A stretch of 64,000 nt of DNA from Devosiaceae bacterium. GTDB lineage: Bacteria; Pseudomonadota; Alphaproteobacteria; Rhizobiales; Devosiaceae. A program made the position numbers and the translations under genes. Position 1 is the first letter of the stretch, and each line of letters starts with the position of its first letter. Below the pieces are notes generated by a model, which worked only from the letters and a program-made list of their open reading frames with translations, made no database searches and was not told the DNA's origin. Of the stretch, positions 38,801 to 45,741 are shown one piece after another. The stretch is from positions 76,237 to 140,236 of the forward strand of contig CAXXWD010000008.1 in assembly GCA_963667595.2 (NCBI GenBank), given 5' to 3'.

Positions 38801-39478
38801 ATCGTCGGTGGTGACGGCTGGGCCTTCGACATCGGCTATGGTGGTCTCGACCACGTCCTGGCCAGCGGCAAGAACGTCAACATCCTGGTGATGGACACGG
38901 AAGTCTATTCCAACACCGGCGGTCAGGCCTCCAAGGCCACCCCGCTCGGCGCCATCGCCAAGTTCGCCGCCGCCGGCAAGCGGACGCCGCGCAAGGATCT
39001 GGCCCTACAGGCCGTGTCCTACGGCAATGTCTACGTGGCTCAGATTGCCCTGGGCGCGAACCCGCAGCAGACGCTTCAAGCCTTCCGCGAGGCGGAGGCC
39101 TATCCGGGCGTGTCGATCATTCTGGCCTACAGCCACTGCATCGCCCACGGCTTCGACCTCAAGAAGGGCCTGAGCCAGCAGGACAAGGCGGTTGCCAGCG
39201 GTTACTGGCCGCTGCTGCGCTACGATCCGGCTCTCAAGGCAGTGGGCAAGGCGCCGTTCCGTCTCGACTCGCCGCGTCCGACCATTCCGCTCAAGGACTA
39301 TGCCTATAACGAGCTGCGCTACAGCGCGTTGGCGGCAAGCCGTCCGGAAGAAGCCGCGGCCCTGCTCGACGAAGCCCAGAAGCAGGTTGTCGAAAAGTAC
39401 CATACCTATGAAGAGTTCGCGGAGATGGACGCAGGGCCAGACGCCTCGCATGCCATGGCCGCGGCGACCAAGCTGTAA
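35879..39478 (+). CDS. nifJ: Pyruvate:ferredoxin (flavodoxin) oxidoreductase
   Basis: 1199 aa single-chain PFOR. [27 protein letters not shown], ferredoxin domain [13 protein letters not shown] / [12 protein letters not shown], and TPP motif [16 protein letters not shown]. The start overlaps the upstream stop (ATGGCTGA). Confidence 0.95.
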   Translation: [1199 protein letters not shown]

Positions 39479-39490
39479 GGGAGGCTCTTG

Positions 39491-40486
39491 ATGGACCTGA
39501 CAACGAAATATCTTGGGCTGACGCTCAAGACCCCGTTGATCGCGAGTGCGAGCCCACTCAATCGCCATCTCGACAAGCTTAAGGAAATTCAGGATCACGG
39601 CGCTGGCGCCGTGGTTCTGCCCTCGATCTTCGAAGAGCAGATTTCCCAGGAACAGGAAATGATCGACGCTCTGATCGGATCGGGGTCCGAAAGCTTCGGG
39701 GAAGCCCTGAGCTATTTCCCGGCCGAGACCTCCTACGCGTTCGACAGTTCGGGCTATCTCAAGCTGATCGAGAAAGCCGCCAAGGGCCTCGACGTGCCGG
39801 TTATCGCCTCCCTCAACGGCGTTTCCACCAGGGGCTGGACCGGATATGCCCGCGACATGGAATCGGCGGGCGCCAAGGCGATCGAGCTCAACATCTTCTT
39901 CGTGCCGTCGGACATCGCGCTTGACGGCCGCGAGGTCGAGAAGCGCTATACCGACATCGTCGCCGCCGTGTCCTCGGCGGTGAAGCTGCCGGTTTCGGTC
40001 AAGATCGGCCCCTATTTCTCGTCGGTCGGTCATATGGCCGGCGAGTTGGTCAAGGCCGGAGCCAAGGGTCTGGTGCTGTTCAACCGCTTCTATCAGCCGG
40101 ACATCGATCCGCTGAACCTGTCGGTCGAAACCAGCCTCAACCTGTCCACTCCGGACGAGATGCGCTTGCCTTTGTTGTGGATCGGCGTTCTGTCGGGTCG
40201 GGTATCCGCCTCGCTGGCCGCCACCACAGGCGTCGATTCGCCCGACGATGTGATCAAGTACCTGCTCGCCGGCGCCGACGTGGTCATGACCACCTCGGCT
40301 CTGTTGAAGCACGGACCGGCACACATGAAGGTGCTCCACGACGGGGTGTCTGATTGGCTGAAGGCCCGCAATCTCGCATCGCCGGACGGCATTCGCGGCA
40401 AACTCAGCCACGCCAACGTCAAGAATCCCGAAGCCTACGAACGGGCCAATTACATCAAGGTCCTGCAGGGTTTCGACGTCGGCTGA
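39491..40486 (+). CDS. Dihydroorotate dehydrogenase-like (class 1 DHOD fold) protein
   Basis: 331 aa from the ATG at 39491, preceded by GGGAGG. TIM-barrel DHOD-like pattern (TPLIASASPL, IELNI, GLVLFNR, TGVDSPDDV). The canonical NLSCPN catalytic segment reads NIFFVPS. Confidence 0.75.
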   Translation: MDLTTKYLGLTLKTPLIASASPLNRHLDKLKEIQDHGAGAVVLPSIFEEQISQEQEMIDALIGSGSESFGEALSYFPAETSYAFDSSGYLKLIEKAAKGLDVPVIASLNGVSTRGWTGYARDMESAGAKAIELNIFFVPSDIALDGREVEKRYTDIVAAVSSAVKLPVSVKIGPYFSSVGHMAGELVKAGAKGLVLFNRFYQPDIDPLNLSVETSLNLSTPDEMRLPLLWIGVLSGRVSASLAATTGVDSPDDVIKYLLAGADVVMTTSALLKHGPAHMKVLHDGVSDWLKARNLASPDGIRGKLSHANVKNPEAYERANYIKVLQGFDVG

Positions 40487-40514
40487 CGCCGCGGCGACAG
40501 ATCAGAAAATTCGA

Positions 40515-40547
40515 GCCGGCGCCTTTCGGGGCGCCGGTTTTCTTTTG
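40515..40547 (+). terminator. Rho-independent terminator after the PFOR operon
   Basis: GCCGGCGCC-UUUCGG-GGCGCCGG followed by UUUUCUUUUGGG, about 30 nt after the DHOD-like stop. Confidence 0.8.
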
Positions 40548-40675
40548 GGCATCCCCGGGAATGCGCCGCCCTTTTCCCCCTTCGATCGGGAGAAACGGAA
40601 TGGGGTGGAGCCACAAGCACTTGCACTGACACCCTCACTCTTGATCCCTCCCCTGCAAGGGGGAGAAAAACCATA

Positions 40676-40797
40676 AAAGCTTCGGGCGCTTTGATTGCAT
40701 CAAACCGCCCGGCTCTATCCCTTTGTGGTCGCATCGGGTGATGCGAAAAACCGCAAGTCCACTTTTTCGCCCGATGCTCCAAGCCGCGACCATCTAG
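40676..40797 (-). repeat. Two-hairpin intergenic repeat (RIME-like family), full copy
   Basis: In reverse complement, hairpin 1 (40731-40777) is GCATCGGG...CCCGATGC around GAAAAAGTGGACTTGCGGTTTTTCG. Hairpin 2 (40684-40710) is GGGCGGTTTGAT-GCA-ATCAAAGCGCCC. It is bounded by CTAG. Confidence 0.75.
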
Positions 40798-40847
40798 AAA
40801 AAACAGATTCCGAAAAAGCCTGCCCACCATGGCCGGAAGCGTTCGGC

Positions 40848-41582
40848 TTACAGTCCTCCGCCCGAAACCGCCGCCAGATCATCGAGGATCGCCCTGGCGC
40901 CCGCCTCGACATCGCTCTCGCTCCTTTGTCCGGCGGCTTTCCCGAAATCGCGAACGGCCACGATGCGCGCCGGCACCGGCGACATCACGTAAACCCGTTC
41001 GGCGAAACGCGCCGCTTCCCTGACGTCATGGGTTACGACCAGAGCCGAGAGGCCCTCCGTATCGACCCGCGACCTGACCAGCGCCAGCATCTCCCGCGAC
41101 AAGGCAACGTCGAGCCCGGAAAACGGTTCATCGAGCAGCAAAAGATCGGGCGTGATGACCAGAGCGCGGGCCAAAGCCACGCGACGGCGCATGCCGCCGG
41201 ACAATTGACGCGGATATTTGCCGATATCGTCGCCGACAAGACCGACCGACTGCAGCAGCGCCTGCGCCCGTTCGCGGCGGTCCTTGCGTTTCAGGCCATC
41301 GGGTTTGAGAGCAAAGCCGACATTGTCGCGCGCCGTGCGCCAGGGCAGCAGCAGCGGGTCCTGAAACATCACGCCGGTGCGCCCGGAAGCCCGCTGAACG
41401 GTGCCGGCCGCTTGATCGATCAGACCGGCGGCGATCGCGATCGAGGTGCTCTTGCCGCAGCCCGATGGACCCATCAGGGCGACCATGGTTCCCCGTTTCA
41501 CGCTGAGATCGATGCCGTCGAGCACATTTGCGCCGTCATAGCCGAAACGAACACCCGAGAAATCCAGCACGACCGCGCTCAT
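40848..41582 (-). CDS. ABC transporter ATP-binding protein (NitT/TauT family)
   Basis: 244 aa. Walker A GPSGCGKST, signature LSGGMRRRV, Walker B LLLLDEP. Confidence 0.88.
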   Translation of the reverse strand: MSAVVLDFSGVRFGYDGANVLDGIDLSVKRGTMVALMGPSGCGKSTSIAIAAGLIDQAAGTVQRASGRTGVMFQDPLLLPWRTARDNVGFALKPDGLKRKDRRERAQALLQSVGLVGDDIGKYPRQLSGGMRRRVALARALVITPDLLLLDEPFSGLDVALSREMLALVRSRVDTEGLSALVVTHDVREAARFAERVYVMSPVPARIVAVRDFGKAAGQRSESDVEAGARAILDDLAAVSGGGL

Positions 41583-42370
41583 GAGGATTTCCGCCTGTCA
41601 TCCTCGCGCCAGAACGCCATCCGGCGCTGTATCGGGCGCAACAAGAGGTTGTCGAAAACGATCAGTACCGCGACCACGACCATGACCCAGGCCATGGTTT
41701 CGGCCGTATCGAGCCTGACCCGCGCCGTGGCGATGCCGTCGCCGATGCCACCCGAGCCGGACAACAGTTCCGCCATCACCGAGACCTTCCACGACATGGC
41801 GAGCGTCGTTGCCAGCGCCGGAAAGACATGGCCGATCATGTGAGGCCCGTAGACATCCGTCGCCATGGCCGAAAACGGCGCGCGAAAAGCCCGCGCCATG
41901 CGGGCCAACTCGCCGTCGAGACTGCGTGCCCCCTCAGTCGCGGCGGCAAAAACGATCGGGCCGGTGGCGACGGCGATGGTGAAGATGACGGCCCAGCGGC
42001 CGCCGAACCACAAAAGCGCCAAAACCACCCAGGCGATGGCCGGAATGCCCAACAGAACGATGGCGACCGGTTGCAGCGTCAACCGGACCTCCTCGCGAAG
42101 ACCCGCCAGCGTGCCGGCGAAAATGCCGAAGGCAATGCCAATCAGCCAGCCCATGCCGGCATTGCCGGCCGTCAGGCCAAGCGCCGGCAGGACCTCGCCA
42201 TTGCGGGTCATTGCAAAAAGGGTCGTCAGCGTGTCGGCAAGGCCGGGAAGCACCAGCGTTCCGTAAACGTGGTGCCCCCATTCCCACAAGCCAAGCAGGA
42301 TCGCGACGCCCAGAAACCCGAACAACCAGGACGCACGCCGCCGCTTGCCCGTCACTGCTTTCAGCCCCAA
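41579..42370 (-). CDS. ABC transporter permease (NitT/TauT family)
   Basis: 263 aa, six TM helices, EAA-like loop. The start overlaps the SBP gene and the stop overlaps the ATPase start. Confidence 0.85.
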   Translation of the reverse strand: MGLKAVTGKRRRASWLFGFLGVAILLGLWEWGHHVYGTLVLPGLADTLTTLFAMTRNGEVLPALGLTAGNAGMGWLIGIAFGIFAGTLAGLREEVRLTLQPVAIVLLGIPAIAWVVLALLWFGGRWAVIFTIAVATGPIVFAAATEGARSLDGELARMARAFRAPFSAMATDVYGPHMIGHVFPALATTLAMSWKVSVMAELLSGSGGIGDGIATARVRLDTAETMAWVMVVVAVLIVFDNLLLRPIQRRMAFWREDDRRKSS

Positions 42371-43374
42371 TAGAAGGCCGGGTCAGGCTTTTTGCCGCCG
42401 ACGATACGCGGATCGAGACTCATCAGGTTGTCGAAATAGATCTCGATGTCTTCCTGCGACTCTTTCGCCGTCTTGACGTCGATATGGACGAAAGGCAGCG
42501 ATTTGGCGATGATCGGCGCCGGCAGGCCGAGCTTGTCGGCCGACAGCGCACCCGCCGCATCCGGGTTGCTGAGAACCCACTGGCCGGCATCGACGCAGGC
42601 GTCATGAACCGCCCTGACCACATCCTCATGCGCGTCGAGAAACGCCTCGCTCACCGCCAGGCCGACCTGTGGAATCTTCGGCCCGCGTCCCGTGTGCTTG
42701 CCATAGACCTCGGTGACATCGAAGGCGCGGAAAAGCGGAAGCCCTTCCTTCTTCGCCTTCAAAAGCGCGGCCGTCGCGGCCGGTTCGTGCAGAACCGCAA
42801 CATCGCCCCGCCCGGATAAATAGAGCGGCACCGCCTCGCTCGGCGTCCCGACATAATCGAGCGTCACATCCTTGTCGGGATCGAGCCCCGACCATTTGAG
42901 CACGAGACGGAACAAAAGGTCCGGCGCCTCGTTCTTGTTGGACAAAAGCACATGCTTGCCGGCCAGATCCTCGATCCTGGTGATGGTCTCGTCGCGCGCC
43001 ATGACGTAAAGAACGCCCCAGGTGACGACATTGATCATGCGCGTCCCGGCGCCGCGATTGAAGAAGTTCGAGGCCGCATAGGTCGAGGTGGCGAAGATGT
43101 CGAAATCACCGGTGGCGATGCCGGCCCGCATCTGATCGGTGCTTTTCCAGATGTCGAATCGCGTTCCCGGCGCCACCGGTTCAAGCGCCCCGGAGGCGAC
43201 CGCCCGGGCGAACACCGCCGATGGCGAGGCGGGAATTCCCCAAATGGTTAGCGATTCGTCAAGGGCGCTGGCCGCCAGAACGCCGCGCATCGGCATGACG
43301 GCAGAGGCACCACAAAGGGCAAGCCCGGCCATGAAACTGCGCCGGGTGAGGATGGTACCATTCCGGGATATCAT
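42361..43374 (-). CDS. ABC transporter substrate-binding protein (NMT1/THI5-like), Tat signal
   Basis: 337 aa from the ATG at 43374, preceded by GGAGAC. Signal TRRSFMAGLALCGASAVMPMRGVLAA. The substrate is not inferable. Confidence 0.75.
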   Translation of the reverse strand: MISRNGTILTRRSFMAGLALCGASAVMPMRGVLAASALDESLTIWGIPASPSAVFARAVASGALEPVAPGTRFDIWKSTDQMRAGIATGDFDIFATSTYAASNFFNRGAGTRMINVVTWGVLYVMARDETITRIEDLAGKHVLLSNKNEAPDLLFRLVLKWSGLDPDKDVTLDYVGTPSEAVPLYLSGRGDVAVLHEPAATAALLKAKKEGLPLFRAFDVTEVYGKHTGRGPKIPQVGLAVSEAFLDAHEDVVRAVHDACVDAGQWVLSNPDAAGALSADKLGLPAPIIAKSLPFVHIDVKTAKESQEDIEIYFDNLMSLDPRIVGGKKPDPAFYWG

Positions 43375-43740
43375 CGGGAGGTCTCCGTTTTCGATTGCAC
43401 TTCCAGTCGTTCCCCCCACCGTTGCCGGCCAAGTATTCGGCCGGTAACACTCAGGAATAGGCCACGCCCCATCCAGGGTGTCAACGCACGAGCTTGAGAA
43501 CGCGGCAGTTTTATTTATTCGAATAGTTGCATATATATCAACGACATGGTTGCTGTCCGTTTGATCCAGCGCAAGGAGCCGCGGCCAGGCATCGGCTATG
43601 CGGGGGCGCCTATCGTGAGCCGCGAGAGCGAACTTCTTCAAACAACTGATACCTCTCTGGGTGAGATTAATTAAAGTTGAAGCAAGAAGTGGGAGGACCT
43701 TGGCATCACTGGCTCATTGTCAGCAGGATCGAGGTCAACA

Positions 43741-45738
43741 ATGGCACAGGTAGTATTTGGTGTGTGGGACGGCGTGGTCCACGACGCGCGAAGCGGCGAT
43801 ACCCCCGATGCGTCTCCGCTCACCGCCCTCAAGCGTTTTGACGAGTTCGACGAAGGAAACGGCATTCGCGCCTTTTTCGGCGATCGCGGTTTTTTCGTCT
43901 TCGACGACAAGGTCAGCCTGATCGACGGGCTCTACCACTACATGGAAAAGGCCGCCGAGCAGTCGTGCGGACAGTGTACTCCTTGCCGCATGGGCACGGT
44001 GCTGGTGCGCGACGCGCTCGACAAGATGCGACGCGGGCTCGATTCGCCGCTTGATTTCGACGACATGGAAATGCTCGGCGAACAGATGCGGACGACCTCG
44101 CTTTGCGGTCTGGGCCAGACCTGCGCGGTGGCGCTGCTCGATGCCATTCACAATTTCCGCGACCGGCTCGAAGCGGAAATCGCCGATCACCGGCCGATCC
44201 GGGCGCAGCACGGCATGGCCTATATGACGGCCCCCTGTATCGAGGCCTGCCCGTCCAAGGTCAACGTGCCGCGCTATATCGACTACATCCGCGACGGCAA
44301 GCCCGAATATTCGCTCGGCGTCCTGCTGCAGAAATATCCCATGGCCGCGACCTGCGGGCGCGTCTGCGTGCGCTATTGCGAACTGGCCTGCCGGCGCAAG
44401 TTCGTCGACGAGGCGGTCGGCATCAAGACGCTGAAACGCTATGTCGCCGATCAGCAGGCCGGCCCCAACGCCCTCAAGTTCACCCGCGACATGATCCGCA
44501 AGCCCCTCGAAGACGGCATGAAGGTCGCGGTGATCGGCGCCGGCCCGGCGGGCATCTCCGCCGCCTACCACCTCTTGCTGCACGGCTATCATGTCGATGT
44601 GTTCGAAAAATCCGACCAGGCTGGCGGCATGGCGCAGATCGGCATCCCGAGCTATCGCCTGCCCAAGGACACGCTGGCGCTCGAAACCGACATCATTGCC
44701 GACCTCGGCGGGCATTTCCGCTTCGGCCAGGCGCTCGGACGCGATTTCTCCATCGATGACCTGTTCACCCAGGGGTACAAGGCGGTCTTTCTCGGCCTCG
44801 GCTGCCAGCAGGGGTCTGCGCTCGGCGTCGAAGGCGAGGACAAGGCGCGCGAAGGCTATTTCTCCGGCATCGACTTCCTTTTGAAGGTTCACGACCATGT
44901 CGGCGGGGTCAACAAGCTTGACCTCAAGGGCGAGGTCGTGGTCGTCGGCGGCGGCAACGTCGCCATGGACTGCGTGCGCTCCGCCCTGCGTCTGGGCGCC
45001 GACAATGTCCATGTCATCTACCGGCGCACCGAAAAGGACATGCCGGCCGATCATGAGGAAATCGTCGCGGCCGGCCATGAGGGCATCCATTTCCACACCC
45101 TCACCAACCCGACCCGCATCATTGTCGAAAACGGCAAGGTGCTCGGTGTCGAACTGGTGAAAATGGAACAGACGGAGCCTGACGAATCGGGCCGTCGCAA
45201 GGTCCGCCCCGTTCCGGGATCGGAATACGTCATGCCCTGCGACACCATCGTCGCCGCCATCGGCCAACAGGTCGAGGACAGCGACGTGATCGTCAAGGAC
45301 GGAGTCGACCTCAACCGCTGGAAGACGGTTCAGACCGACTGGGCCCTGTCGACTTCGCGTCCCGGCGTCTTCGCCGGCGGCGACTGCGTCACCGGCCCGT
45401 CGACCCTGATCTACGCCATGGCCGCCGGTCTCAAGGCGGCGCGCAATATCAACGACTGGATTCAGCTCGGCACAACGCGCTTCTTCAAGCGCTCCCGTAT
45501 GCGCCAGCTCATCCGCGACAATGATTTCCTGGCCGACGACGTCGTCGAAACGCCGGTGCGCAACGCCTATCGCGTGCACAACCCGGAACTCGATCCGGAA
45601 CTCCGCAAGCACATGTTCGAGGAGGTTGAACAGACCATCAGCGATTCGGAAGCCTACGCGGAGGCGCAACGCTGCATGCGTTGCTATCGCATCTATTCCG
45701 TCGTGACAGAACACTCCATCCCCGAGGGGGCGGCCTGA
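43741..45738 (+). CDS. Fusion protein: NuoF C-terminal [4Fe-4S] domain + GltD-like NAD(P)H flavoprotein (hydrogenase diaphorase-like partner)
   Basis: 665 aa from the ATG at 43741, preceded by GAGG. N-terminal SCGQCTPCRMGT...SLCGLGQ (NuoF N3-cluster module without the FMN/NADH part). Then GltD-like CIEACP, CGRVCVRYCE, VAVIGAGPAGISAA and VVVGGGNVAMD. Confidence 0.8.
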   Translation: MAQVVFGVWDGVVHDARSGDTPDASPLTALKRFDEFDEGNGIRAFFGDRGFFVFDDKVSLIDGLYHYMEKAAEQSCGQCTPCRMGTVLVRDALDKMRRGLDSPLDFDDMEMLGEQMRTTSLCGLGQTCAVALLDAIHNFRDRLEAEIADHRPIRAQHGMAYMTAPCIEACPSKVNVPRYIDYIRDGKPEYSLGVLLQKYPMAATCGRVCVRYCELACRRKFVDEAVGIKTLKRYVADQQAGPNALKFTRDMIRKPLEDGMKVAVIGAGPAGISAAYHLLLHGYHVDVFEKSDQAGGMAQIGIPSYRLPKDTLALETDIIADLGGHFRFGQALGRDFSIDDLFTQGYKAVFLGLGCQQGSALGVEGEDKAREGYFSGIDFLLKVHDHVGGVNKLDLKGEVVVVGGGNVAMDCVRSALRLGADNVHVIYRRTEKDMPADHEEIVAAGHEGIHFHTLTNPTRIIVENGKVLGVELVKMEQTEPDESGRRKVRPVPGSEYVMPCDTIVAAIGQQVEDSDVIVKDGVDLNRWKTVQTDWALSTSRPGVFAGGDCVTGPSTLIYAMAAGLKAARNINDWIQLGTTRFFKRSRMRQLIRDNDFLADDVVETPVRNAYRVHNPELDPELRKHMFEEVEQTISDSEAYAEAQRCMRCYRIYSVVTEHSIPEGAA

Positions 45739-45741
45739 GCC

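Noticed and set aside
35870-38854. Very long antisense ORFs: 994 aa opposite nifJ; also 43735-45714 (-), 46372-47670 (-), 51631-53052 (-), 53490-54824 (-), 9144-10175 (-), 6858-7901 (-), 13141-14208 (+) and 22537-24558 (+).
   Set aside because: These are typical shadow ORFs of a high-GC genome. Their products are Arg/Gly/Ala/His-rich and low-complexity with no motifs. The opposite strand encodes proteins with unambiguous catalytic motifs.
43375-43520. Possible TPP (thi-box) riboswitch in the leader of the NMT1-like binding-protein gene. The minus strand reads GGGGCGUGGCCUAUUCCUGAGUGUUACCGGCCGAAUACUUGGCCGGCAACGG.
   Set aside because: The resemblance is only loose. The invariant CUGAGA and ACCUGAUCUGGnUAAUnCCAGCG blocks are not present, so no riboswitch is called.
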